Both the position numbers and the translations under genes were made by a program. Source: Veleropilina oligotropha (taxonomy: Eukaryota). Taken from it: 64,000 bases of DNA. Of the stretch, positions 12,701-23,207 are shown in pieces (the stretch's first letter is position 1; each line of letters opens with the position of its first letter). The notes under the pieces were generated by a model. The model was not told the origin of the DNA and searched no databases. It saw only the letters and a program-made list of their open reading frames with translations. The stretch lies in assembly GCA_048128005.1 (NCBI GenBank), contig JBEUKZ010000107.1, forward strand, positions 62,001 through 126,000. Reading direction: 5' to 3'.

Positions 12701-13106
12701 TTAATATGTTTGGCTAGCATGCAGTCTATGTCTTGGGGATGTTATCTAGCTGACTGGCCACCAGTAACATTTTGTTTCTCCATCATGCTCTAAATGCAAC
12801 CATAAACATTATTTAGCGTGATTGTATATTAGATGTCTATTTCAGTGCCAGCTTAACATAGCACATTACACATGGAGCAGATTCAAATGCTCGCCTGGGC
12901 ACTCTATTCCATCAGCAGGCACATTCGTCCCTAGCGGGTCAATGCGGGGAGGTATTCCTCCTGTGATAATATTGGACACTAATCATTATTCAAAATCCAA
13001 TATTCAATTCTATTACAACACCTTTACATTTGAATCTTTCTTCCCTCAGGCAACATCAATGGTGGAGGAAGTTTTAGATCCACTGGATGAAGAAAATGCA
13101 GAATAA
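743..13106 (+). CDS. 3' part (7 exons, ~316 aa) of a spliced gene: charged E/R/K-rich helical region followed by a dynein MTBD-like C-terminal domain; 5' exons lie upstream of the window
   Basis: Exons 743-777, 2028-2120, 3094-3226, 7651-7818, 8421-8701, 12494-12679, 13050-13106. All have AG/GT boundaries with matching phases and splice into one open frame ending ...ATSMVEEVLDPLDEENAE* (TAA at 13104-13106). Confidence 0.85.
1171..1375 (-). mobile_element. tRNA-derived SINE family A, full copy
   Basis: Minus strand has an A box (GTGGCTGAGTGG), a B box (GGTTCAAACC) and a tail ...GTCGTTAAACATCAATT(CAT)n. An 11-bp TSD TTACAAAAAGA lies at 1162-1172 and 1376-1386. Homologous to 43293-43513. Confidence 0.8.
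2028..2120 (+). CDS. gene 1 exon (RLRELEEKRREEERRRKEDEEKYKDVEKIAE)
   Basis: ttgtAG acceptor, GAG/GTCAAG donor, 93 nt, phase 0-0. Confidence 0.8.
2410..2670 (+). mobile_element. SINE family B copy (tRNA-like head, V-domain-like core), inside a HINE-like remnant
   Basis: Shares ATCACTGGCTT...GAATCACAGTT...GGCTTTCCTCCC.CGATAATATGGAC...GGTTGTAAATATACAG with the copies at 6385, 9333, 34425 and others. Confidence 0.65.
3094..3226 (+). CDS. gene 1 exon (ESRMKERESEEELKRLEKLKQEAE...KKTHK)
   Basis: tgtcAG acceptor, AAG/GTCAGA donor, phase 0-1. Confidence 0.8.
3412..3849. repeat. 40-bp minisatellite, ~11 copies
   Basis: Unit CGAGGCGGCGGTGGTTGATATGAGTGTGGCTCCCAACATG; explains the repetitive minus-strand ORFs. 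Confidence 0.95.
4224..5310. mobile_element. non-autonomous TIR DNA element (MITE-like) with tandemly duplicated right end
   Basis: ATGCACTTTAGTGGGCGCA (4232-4250) is inverted as TGCGCCCACTAAAGTGCAT at 5232-5250 and again at ~5284. TATTTTG flanks both ends (possible TSD). Internal CTAACC-type repeats at 5081-5135. Confidence 0.65.
6385..6600 (+). mobile_element. SINE family B copy
   Basis: B box GGTTCAAACC; core GGTTTCCCCGAGCGACCGGGCTTTCCTCCCGCGATAATATGGAC. Confidence 0.7.
7651..7818 (+). CDS. gene 1 exon (HKHRRIRYDLKVALKQRDRFKLEY...ELLARD)
   Basis: tttcAG acceptor, ATG/GTGAGT donor, phase 1-1, GC-rich codon usage against an AT-rich intron. Confidence 0.85.
7942..8328. repeat. 42-bp minisatellite, ~9 copies, in a gene 1 intron
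   Basis: Unit GATATCTGGGGGTTTACTCGTGTGAGCAGGCTTTCCTCCAGC; gives 14-aa periodic ORFs. Confidence 0.95.
8421..8701 (+). CDS. gene 1 exon (LKKAMSKRELEE...EIRSYQSPPAAVYTVMTATFLILGHKEKETK)
   Basis: ttttatAG acceptor, AAG/GTCAGT donor, phase 1-0; lies within ORF 8372-8884. Confidence 0.88.
8693..9325. repeat. degenerate ~28-bp tandem repeat that includes the exon donor site
   Basis: Unit GAGACC(A/C)AGGTCAGTGGGGCAGCATACT, starting at the end of exon 8421-8701. Confidence 0.85.
9333..9432 (+). mobile_element. SINE family B 3' half
   Basis: GGGCGACCGGGCTTTCCTCCTGCGATAATATGGACATGTCCTGCCTTGAACCTGATGGTTGTAAATATACAGGACATTAA. Confidence 0.65.
10952..12101 (+). mobile_element. Helentron-associated interspersed element (HINE/DINE-like) with internal ~150-bp tandem repeats
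   Basis: 5' TGCCCC...GGGGCATA inverted pair, a TGTC microsatellite, ~6-7 repeats containing AAACTTGATGTG...CCCAAAGGTGTG, then 3' GGGGGCATA, a short palindrome and CTAGT. Inserted at TT within an older ~170-bp tandem repeat (10650-10950 and 12100-12310). Confidence 0.7.
12494..12679 (+). CDS. gene 1 exon (EWKAIQALVGKIGKDSLKRR...VRDVSAGAATFYVW)
   Basis: tgtAG acceptor, TGG/GTGAGT donor, phase 0-0. Confidence 0.88.
13050..13106 (+). CDS. gene 1 last coding exon (ATSMVEEVLDPLDEENAE*)
   Basis: Strong pyrimidine tract tctttcttccctcAG, in frame with the previous exon, TAA stop. Confidence 0.8.
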   Translation, partial: ATSMVEEVLDPLDEENAE

Positions 13107-13633
13107 AGAGCGCAAGAATCTTTTCACTGCAATATCTTTCGATCTTGTTGCCTTTATATTCACATATAGGCGGTGCGAATGCAGGATTTTCTGAATTATC
13201 ATCAATATTGCATTCTCACTTGGAGAAAATTCTTTTTGTGTCACTGTGATATGACTTCTCAAGAAAGGCATTGTGTGACCTTTTAATTTATTAATTTTTG
13301 AAAGATCGATCTTCGCCGCAGAGAGACTTGGCCACACTCTACCCCAATTCTGATCCTGCTAAATCTCTTTAACTGTGATACACTTTTATTGTTTGACTAT
13401 TATATTCTATATTTATATCATATTTTTTTAATGCAGTCTACTGCATATATAATTTTTTTAAATATTTGTAATGTGTGTTAATTTGGTATATAAATATAAC
13501 ACATTGTTGTTTTGTATAATACTAATTGCTGGTCAGGGTATTTATTACACAGGTATTTGTTACACATCTTTCCAGACCCAGGTATATAACCAACCTTGTG
13601 GCCGAGTGGTTTAAAGTATTACTCAACAGTAAC

Positions 13634-15232
13634 TCCGGCTGACTGTGCTGGTTCATGGAGTCATAGTTGACCTTGACTGACAAATGCGGGCTGGATGTCC
13701 GGCTGATTGTGCTGCTTCACAGAGTCATAGTTGACCTTGACTGACAAATGCGGGCTGGATGTCCGGCTGATTGTGCTGCTTCACGGAGTCATAGTTGACC
13801 TTGACTGACAAATGCGGGCTGGATGTCCGGCTGATCGTGCTGCTTCACAGAGTCATAGTTGACCTTGACTGACAAATGCGGGCTGGATGTCCGGCTGATT
13901 GTGCTGCTTCACAGAGTCATAGTTGACCTTGACTGACAAATGCGGTTGGATGTCCGGCTGATTGTGCTGCTTCACGGAGTCATAGATGACCTTGACTGAC
14001 AAATGCGGGCTGGATGTCCGGCTGATTGTGCTGCTTCACGGAGTCATAGTTGACCTTGACTGACAAATGCAGGCTGGATGTCCGGCTGATTGTGCTGCTT
14101 CACAGAGTCATAGTTGACCTTGACTGACAAATGCGGGCTGGATGTCCGGCTGATTGTGCTGCTTCACGGAGTCATAGTTGACCTTGACTGACAAATGCGG
14201 GCTGGATGTCCGGCTGATTGTGCTGCTTCACGGAGTCATAGTTGACCTTGACTGACAAATGCGGGCTGGATGTCCGGCTGATTGTGCTGCTTCACGGAGT
14301 CATAGTTGACCTTGACTGACAAATGCGGGCTGGATGTCCGGCTGATTGTGCTGCTTCACGGAGTCATAGTTGACCTTGACTGACAAATGCGGGCTGGATG
14401 TCCGGCTGATCGTGCTGCTTCACAGAGTCATAGTTGACCTTGACTGACAAATGCGGGCTGGATGTCCGGCTGATTGTGCTGCTTCACAGAGTCATAGTTG
14501 ACCTTGACTGACAAATGCGGTTGGATGTCCGGCTGATTGTGCTGCTTCACGGAGTCATAGATGACCTTGACTGACAAATGCGGGCTGGATGTCCGGCTGA
14601 TTGTGCTGCTTCACGGAGTCATAGTTGACCTTGACTGACAAATGCAGGCTGGATGTCCGGCTGATTGTGCTGCTTCACAGAGTCATAGATGACCTTGACT
14701 GACAAATGCAGGCTGGATGTCCGGCTGATTGTGCTGCTTCACGGAGTCATAGATGACCTTGACTGACAAATGCAGGCTGGATGTCCGGCTGATTGTGCTG
14801 CTTCACAGAGTCATAGTTGACCTTGACTGACAAATGCAGGCTGGATGTCCGGCTGATTGTGCTGCTTCACGGAGTCATAGATGACCTTGACTGACAAATG
14901 CGGGCTGGATGTCCGGCTGATTGTGCTGCTTCACAGAGTCATAGTTGACCTTGACTGACAAATGCGGGCTGGATGTCCGGCTGATTGTGCTGCTTCACGG
15001 AGTCATAGTTGACCTTGACTGACAAATGCGGGCTGGATGTCCGGCTGATTGTGCTGCTTCACGGAGTCATAGTTGACCTTGACTGACAAATGCGGGCTGG
15101 ATGTCCGGCTGATTGTGCTGCTTCACGGAGTCATAGTTGACCTTGACTGACAAATGCGGGCTGGATGTCCGGCTGATTGTGCTGCTTCACGGAGTCATAG
15201 TTGACCTTGACTGACAAATGCGGGCTGGATAT
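13634..15232. repeat. 64-bp minisatellite, ~25 copies
   Basis: Unit CTGGATGTCCGGCTGATTGTGCTGCTTCACGGAGTCATAGTTGACCTTGACTGACAAATGCGGG. Confidence 0.97.
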
Positions 15233-15374
15233 CCTGGGTGATAATATGGATATCACCTGTTATGAAATTCTCTTAATATCATGTTTGTCGTCTGCAACTG
15301 TGATTTCACCTGAATTGTACCAGTATTTACTTAATGTTTATTGATAAGTGTAATTCTATATAAAAATTACAATA

Positions 15375-16210
15375 TTATGTCTCCCCTACCCTGTGGGGAG
15401 ACATTGTTTTTGCGCTGTCCGTCCGTCTGTCTGTCACGCTTTGGTTTCCGGATGATAACTACCGTTCCCTTTAAGCGATTTTGTTCATATTTGGTACACA
15501 GGTTGCTTATGAGGAGAGGTCGCTTGGGATTGCTTTTCAGTTCGGTGCACCAAAGGTCATGTGATCTGTGACTAAAAATAGAATTTTGGCTCTGATTTGG
15601 TTTCAAGACGATAACTACTCTTAATATTGAATGCTCATGCCCATATTTGGCACACAGCTCGCTCATGAGGAGAGCATGCTTGGGATTGCATTTGGGGACA
15701 ATCGTTCAGAGGTCACATGACCTGTGGCTAAAAATATAATTTCCTAATTTTTCGATTGCGATTTGCTTTCCGGACGATAACTACTGTTCATATTTAGCGA
15801 ACATGTTCATATTTACTAGGCAGGGATGCCTATCAGAATAGGACCTTTGGGATTGCAGTTGAGGTCAATCGCTTAAAGGTCACATAACCTGTTGCTAAAA
15901 ATAGAATTTTGATTGCGATTTGCTTTCCTGTTGATAACTACCATTCATATTTAGCAATGTTGGTCATATTTAGCAGGCAGGTTGTCTATGAGGAATTGAT
16001 GCTTGGGATTGCGCTTGAGGTCAATTGGTCAAAGGTCACATGAACTGTTGCTAAAAATAAAAAAATTCAGAAATTACCAGGCAGGTTGCATATGAAGAAA
16101 GGATGGTTGGACTTGCATTTGAGGTCAAAGGTCACATGACCTGTTGCTAAAAATATAATTTCAAGCAGGGGGGACGTTCCTGTTATTGTGGACAATAACA
16201 ACATCTTGTT
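15375..16210 (+). mobile_element. HINE/DINE-like non-autonomous Helentron element
   Basis: TGTCTCCCC...GGGGAGACA inverted repeat, (GTCC/GTCT)n, diverged ~150-bp repeats, then 3' GGGGGAC, hairpin TGTTATTGTGGACAATAACA and CTTGTT. Confidence 0.65.
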
Positions 16211-16576
16211 TATTTTGTTTTTACCTGCTGGACCAGGTTTATTTGTATTGTCACATATAGTCTTTTTCCAAATTTATACTAGATATAAATTGTGTATACT
16301 GTTTAATAAATATTTTCTTTATTTAATTGGATTTTCTTTAGTATGTGGTTAGTTTAATAATAATAATGTAACGGTCTTATATAGCGCATTCTTGCGCACA
16401 TGTCTCAATGCGCTGAACATTAATATTACCCCTGGTAATGGGCCTGTTCCACTCGATGTGCCATCTCAACTCACTCTGGGAGCATTACAGTCATTTACAC
16501 GTGGGTAGCACCGTGTGACTTACATAGCTGCCAACCAGGTACACATTCAGATCGGCTGGGTAGATCGAGGCAAATA

Positions 16577-18092
16577 CACTCAGCAAAATTGAAAACTTGA
16601 CACTTCTTAAATTTGATGTATTTTTTGTTCTAAATATGCTAGTGTACATAAATTTGTAAATTATTCTAAGAAAATAAGCCATCTAACACATTCAATTTGA
16701 TGAAGAAAAAGTGTTTTTTAATCAGTGATTTTTCAGACAGTTGTTTGAATTGATACACCCTCAAAATTGAAGTTAACACAAACATGAATTAAAGGTTTGT
16801 AGAACGTCAATAGCGATTATGACCACCACGAGCATCCATTACTGCTACATCATCTCCTCATGGACTGCAAAACACGTCTGAACACTCTAACCGGAAGTCG
16901 GCGCCATTGGTGGATCAGATCCCTGCCAAGTTCCGGAAGTGTCTGTGGCTGTACCCGCTGCCTTCTCAACCTTCTGCCAAGCTCATCCCAGATGTGTTCA
17001 ATGGGGTTGAGATCTGGAGAAAGTGATCGCCATTCCATGACGTCAACATTTGCAGCTTGATGCAGGTTACGTGTCAGTCTTGCAGTGTGCGGCGTAGCAT
17101 TGTCATGTTGAAATGTGAGGCCAGGACCATGTTGTCTGTAGAAGGGCAACAAAACTGGATTGAGGACCTGATCCCTGTACTGTGCTGCCATCAGATTTCC
17201 TTGGATGACAATCAAGGGTGTTCTGGCGTTAGCTGTGAATGCTCCCCAAACCATGACACTGCCAACTGCAAACCTGTCAATCTCCCTGACACAAGCTGAG
17301 GCATACCGCTCCCTTCTCCTATGCCACACCCTAACACATCCATCAGCAAATCTGAGAGTGAAACGGGACTCGTCACTAAAGATGACTCTGTTCCACTGTC
17401 TCTGGGTGAATCTGAGGTGTTCTCGAGCCCATGCAACCCGCTGACGTCGATGGAGTGGAGTCAATATCGATCCTGTATACGGTCTTCACGCTCGAAGGCC
17501 AGCAGCTCTAAGACTGTTTCTGATGGTCTGGGGTGTCACACGCCGTTGAAAGAGTTCATTACTGGTTGAAGTTGCCATCACGAAACGATTCCGAAGATGA
17601 CGTAACCGGATTTGTTGGTCTTCATTTGGAGTCGTAGCACATCGGGCACCTGGACGTGGGCGGTCTGCTGTGGTTCCAGTTCCTTGGAGATGTGTTCTCA
17701 GATTGTGGATCATCTGTCGACTGCATCCAAATATTCACGTAACTTCCGCCACAGACTGTCCAGCCCCTAACCTGCCGATGGCGTGCTCCCTGTCCTGACA
17801 TGAAAGACGCAGCATTGATTAATTTATCAGTTCAAAAACCTTTCTATATGTTTTTCGGATGAAACACTATCGAAACGATGCAATAACTGTGTCTTTCGGA
17901 AGAAATGATGTACAGTAGCAATTTCAGAGCGGAAATTGACATTTCTTGAAAATTTCATCCTGCACGTACATTTCAAGAACAATCTGATCAAGATTCACGA
18001 TTTTCAAACGGTTGTGTCATGGTCTGCAATGTTATGTTATTGATTTTCACATTTTAAATTTTTCCGTGTCAAGTTTTCATTTTGGCTAAGTA
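16577..18092 (-). mobile_element. Tc1/mariner (DD34E) DNA transposon, full length, decayed
   Basis: 27-bp TIRs CACTCAGCAAAATTGAAAACTTGACAC (23/27 match at 18066-18092), TA on both sides, transposase remnant inside. Confidence 0.92.
16807..17815 (-). pseudogene. Tc1 transposase pseudogene
   Basis: HTH region with RPRPGARCATT; catalytic FSDES, QHDNA and SPDLNPIEHIW (34 residues between D and E); C-terminus ARGGHNRY*. Three in-frame TGA stops and a frameshift near the end. Confidence 0.9.
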
Positions 18093-18787
18093 TATGTGTT
18101 TATTTCCTTGCCCAAGTGAAATCGCTGAGCTTTGGGGGTGAACGCGAGACTGTGACCAGAGTCCTATGAACAACCCACTGAGCCACGACGGCATTATATT
18201 AGTTAGTTTAGTTTAAATGGTATGTAATTGAAATTCGTGTATCGGATTGGCAAAACGATGTTAAATCTGTCTAGGTACTCTCAGAGGGAGTAATAACAGC
18301 TTAACATTCCAGGACAGACAGACAAAACATGATGACCAATAACCAATGTTACACTGTCACATCCACAGGCACATGAAACAATAGTGAGAGAGACTATTTA
18401 AAGATAGAAACGTAAATCTACTCAGATCATAAAATATCATGAAAGAGGGTTGATTGACAATGAGGTGTCATATAGTGAGCCACCTTGCTGGAGGGTGGGT
18501 AATCATAACCATTGAGAATATGCAGATACTGGGGACGCTTGTAAGTAATAGATAATACACTGCCATCCCAGCGATATCAGACATAACACCCTGAGCAACA
18601 GCGTTATGCAGATATCGACGAGGGGCGTCGTGTAATATTTATGATACATATCATGAAAATGCATTGTAAATTGCAAGCTGTAACCCCATAGAATGTGGAA
18701 TTGCCCACGATATCACCACATGGGCGCGATGAAACAGTGGACTCTTCCATTCAAAGAAATCTTACACCTTGTAAATTTCTTTGTTTT

Positions 18788-20348
18788 GCCAACTGCTGGG
18801 GGCGTCCTGAGTAAATTCACTGCCAACTGCTGGGGGCGTCCTGAGTAAATTCACTGCCAACTGCTGGGGGCGTCCTGAGTAAATTCACTGCCAACTGCTG
18901 GGGGCGTCCTGAGTAAATTCACTGCCAACTGCTGGGGGCGTCCTGAGTAAATTCACTGCCAACTGCTGGGGGCGTCCTGAGTAAATTCACTGCCAACTGC
19001 TGGGGGCGTCCTGAGTAAATTCACTGCCAACTGCTGGGGGCGTCCTGAGTAAATTCACTGCCAACTGCTGGGGGCGTCCTGAGTAAATTCACTGCCAACT
19101 GCTGGGGGCGTCCTGAGTAAATTCACTGCCAACTGCTGGGGGCGCCCTGAGTAAATTCACTGCCAACTGCTGGGGGCGTCCTGAGTAAATTCACTGCCAA
19201 CTGCTGGGGGCGTCCTGAGTAAATTCACTGCCAACTGCTGGGGGCGTCCTGAGTAAATTCACTGCCAACTGCTGGGGGCGTCCTGAGTAAATTCACTGCC
19301 AACTGCTGGGGGCGTCCTGAGTAAATTCACTGCCAACTGCTGGGGGCGTCCTGAGTAAATTCACTGCCAACTGCTGGGGGCGTCCTGAGTAAATTCACTG
19401 CCAACTGCTGGGGGCGTCCTGAGTAAATTCACTGCCAACTGCTGGGGGCGTCCTGAGTAAATTCACTGCCAACTGCTGGGGGCGTCCTGAGTAAATTCAC
19501 TGCCAACTGCTGGGGGCGTCCTGAGTAAATTCACTGCCAACTGCTGGGGGCGTCCTGAGTAAATTCACTGCCAACTGCTGGGGGCATCCTGAGTAAATTC
19601 ACTGCCAACTGCTGGGGGCGTCCTGAGTAAATTCACTGCCAACTGCTGGGGGCGTCCTGAGTAAATTCACTGCCAACTGCTGGGGGCGTCCTGAGTAAAT
19701 TCACTGCCAACTGCTGGGGGCGTCCTGAGTAAATTCACTGCCAACTGCTGGGGGCGTCCTGAGTAAATTCACTGCCAACTGCTGGGGGCGTCCTGAGTAA
19801 ATTTACTGCCAACTGCTGGGGGCGTCCTGAGTAAATTCACTGCCAACTGCTGGGGGCGTCCTGAGTAAATTCACTGCCAACTGCTGGGGGCGTCCTGAGT
19901 AAATTCACTGCCAACTGCTGGGGGCGTCCTGAGTAAATTCACTGCCAACTGCTGGGGGCGTCCTGAGTAAATTCACTGCCAACTGCTGGGGGCGTCCTGA
20001 GTAAATTCACTGCCAACTGCTGGGGGCGTCCTGAGTAAATTCACTGCCAACTGCTGGGGGCGTCCTGAGTAAATTCACTGCCAACTGCTGGGGGCGTCCT
20101 GAGTAAATTCACTGCCAACTGCTGGGGGCGTCCTGAGTAAATTCACTGCCAACTGCTGGGGGCGTCCTGAGTAAATTCACTGCCAACTGCTGGGGGCGTC
20201 CTGAGTAAATTCACTGCCAACTGCTGGGGGCGTCCTGAGTAAATTCACTGCCAACTGCTGGGGGCGTCCTGAGTAAATTCACTGCCAACTGCTGGGGGCG
20301 TCCTGAGTAAATTCACTGCCAACTGCTGGGGGCGTCCTGAGTAAATTC
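18788..20348. repeat. 34-bp minisatellite, ~46 near-identical copies
   Basis: Unit GCCAACTGCTGGGGGCGTCCTGAGTAAATTCACT; no spacers, so not CRISPR. Confidence 0.97.
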
Positions 20349-20460
20349 CACTGGTTGGTTAATTGTTCAGATATCAAGCTCCTGGTATGAGTTATTATTT
20401 ACTTATCAAACATTCAATCAATGGCTGAATGGTATATGCATAAATATATGAAACAGTAAA

Positions 20461-21534
20461 AACAAGAGCAATCAGAGGAGATTGCAAACCTTCGCCCCAT
20501 GGCCAAGGAAGACGATGGTAAAAGTCAGAAATGTCTACGATCAATATTTCTAAACATGACATTACAATCATAAAAATTTAATCACATATTATAAATAAAT
20601 AAGTAATAACAATACTTAAATAAAAAACATTTTGGACGTAACGGGATTCGAACACGTGACCTCAAAATTCTCGGCAATGCTTTAACCGTTTGCGCTTTAC
20701 AGACGTGTCTAATTATTGCTGTGAATTATTTACGCTATTTATATTTGGTGTTAGATTTTTGTATTTTAAAATTTTGCCGAAATTGACAATACTTAACTCG
20801 CAATAACTTAATAGTTACTAAAGCAATATACTTGAAATTTTCAAGAAAGGTAGATTACGGTAACCTTGCTTAATGGTGTAAATTATATCACGGCATTAGC
20901 AGTATTTAGAGCTATAGCAACGTCTCGACGATTTTAACTTCGGAACAAAAATTATTGCTACAAATTCGATCTAACACACAAAATATATCGATAAGAGTTG
21001 TAGATAATGTTCCGCTCGAAATCTTGTTAAAATTTGAGGTGTCTGGTTTTATTGTTACAGATTTACAGCATTTATTTGCATTTTCGTTTGGTTGATTATA
21101 AAGTTCACATTTCACATTATTTTCTAATATTTTGCTGATATCAATATAATTTCATCAGGACTACGATTTGGCCACCGATTTTTAAAGTTTATAATCCCCT
21201 GGCAGCCATCTTGGGTGAGGTAGATCCTATATAAATCATCATGTCATTGTCCCGTAATCTAAAGATTTTGAGCATAATTTGAAGTTTGTACGACAAAGTG
21301 TTTTAACGCTACAGACGAAAATCTGTAGACCGGATATTGCGTCATAAATTCCGGACCCGGATGCCAATCCATACCATCTTCGAAGAGGACCGAGCCACGG
21401 AGACACCCTCTCTTGTGTGACAATTTCAAGTAAATCGGATCAATGGTTTTCGAGTTATGCGAATGGACATACATACAGACATACATACGGAACCGATTGC
21501 AATACCCTTGCCTCTCCTCCGGAGATGAGGGTAA
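20461..21534 (-). mobile_element. HINE/DINE-like element
   Basis: AACAAG end with hairpin GCAATC...GATTGC, an (ACAT)n microsatellite, and an ACCCT...GAGGGTAA inverted pair at the other end. Confidence 0.45.
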
Positions 21535-22059
21535 CACAATTGAGGATCTCACCAGAAACGTTTTGGTGAAAGAAAACCTCACAATATTGCACAAAGAAAT
21601 TTGAAACAATGACATTCAAGGGTCATGTTTGAAGCTACATGATCATGCCAAACCCAGAAGACAAGAACACAACAAGATCACTGATTACGATAGAGAAAGA
21701 GCTCTTGTATATTTTAGTAAGACTGATATTGTATCATATCTGAAAATGAATCATAATCCCAAACCCCATTGGATGGATCTGGAACTATTAGAGCTAACAT
21801 TTTCATTTCGCTTCTTGTATCCATCACCTCATAGTGATAAGCATGACACAGTATGCGTTCATTGATGCCAAAGGCATTGACAATATTAGAGAGGTGCTGG
21901 TAATGACTACCGTCTCTGATTGAGATCGACTTTATGCTGATGAAATAAGTTCCTCACCCAACAGGTTGACTCTCGTAGAAGTTAAAACACACTGGATCTG
22001 GTCCAACTTCGAGGCCACGGTGATTAAAGATATGAAAAAATAGGCTAAGGTTATCATGG

Positions 22060-22730
22060 GATACCTACATGTAACATTATAGGGCATTTATGCAGGGTGG
22101 GTGCTGTTCCCCGTAAATGATTTGCTCGAACTGCCTGACAAACATCCTAGTGTGTACGAAGAGTTTAAGAGGGGAATTTCATCGCCAAGCGATCATGGCA
22201 CAAGTTTTTGCTAATTGCCTAAACCAGTCCTACGAACAAAGCAATAAAATTATATATGCAGGTGGTGGTGGCTGGTAAGACATTTATGATAATGCAGACA
22301 GGTCCTGACCTTGTTGAGCTTATTGGCTAGCTTGAGAGTATACTGAACATGTGCGACTCATGCGTCGCTCATCACGCGGAGTCGCCAGCTCTTCAAACAT
22401 GTTTCATCACTGACGTTATGACCTTCGTGGTTGTGCTTAGAGAGAATGGCAACACATTTATGAAAACTGATCCTGAACTCAGATTTGAGAACCAGCGTGA
22501 GTCACTCTCTCTTTTTGACAGTGAAAGGCTGAGATCAGGGGATAAGAAGTCTCAAGGCGTCCTAACAAGAGCGTATGTTGCTGGTCGTATGATGCCACAG
22601 TGATGGTCATAGACATGCCGTCTGTAACTCAAATGGTACACCAACCTGATGTAACGATGTTCCTTTTCCCGAACAACCAGCTGACTCCATATGTTGAACG
22701 TAACGACACTGTGTGAGACATATCACCCTG
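22060..22730 (+). pseudogene. decayed remnant of an unclassified invertebrate DNA-transposon-like ORF
   Basis: Fragmentary translation NDLLELPDKHPSVYEEFKRG..F..KRS.HKF..IA..QSYEQSNK..GGG, with many stops and frameshifts. Confidence 0.4.
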
Positions 22731-23207
22731 GATGACATTCTCCTTCTGGCAACTAAATATGAAACTATTTTGTTCCAGAAGCAATCATAGTTGGCAAAAT
22801 GATCGAAACATGGTTAACAAGCGAATCCGCGAGGAAGCATAGTTGAGCCATGTAAAGTCATCGTGGACATACACCGTCCACCACACAGACAGACAGACAG
22901 ACACACAGACAGCCTCAATACAATAGTTTCTTCGTTTACACGGCTCAACTAATAATAATATTTAAAAAATCTCGTTCTTATATAGCGTATGTATATTCAA
23001 TGGTCACAATTAATGCGCTTGACATTACCTAGGTTATGGCCTATTAATGCGCTCGACATTACCTAGGTTATGGCCTATTTCACTAGGGTTTCATCTCAAC
23101 TCTCTCATAGCATTACACGCGGGTAGCGCTGTGGCATACATATATTGTTAACAAGCATACGGTTCGGATAAACAAAAACATTAGGAATACCAGATCATTA
23201 AATACTA

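Larger units (their letters stand above)
16356..18195 (-). mobile_element. tRNA-derived SINE family C (CORE-like centre, L2-type tail), split by the Tc1 insertion
   Basis: Rejoined across the TA, the minus strand reads GTGGCTCAGTGG...CTTGGGCAAGG...TTTGCCTCGATCTACCCAG...AATGCGCTATATAAG..(TAT)n. A related tail fragment lies at ~22950-23140. Confidence 0.55.

Noticed and set aside
8421..13106. Dynein heavy chain gene or pseudogene
   Set aside because: Only the MTBD-like part is similar. The upstream exons are not AAA4/CC1-like, the frame ends cleanly in a last exon, and no AAA5/6 exons were seen downstream.
18788..20348. CRISPR array (34-bp repeats)
   Set aside because: The units are head-to-tail with no unique spacers, the context is eukaryotic, and there are no cas genes. 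The same applies to the 29-, 37- and 40-bp arrays.
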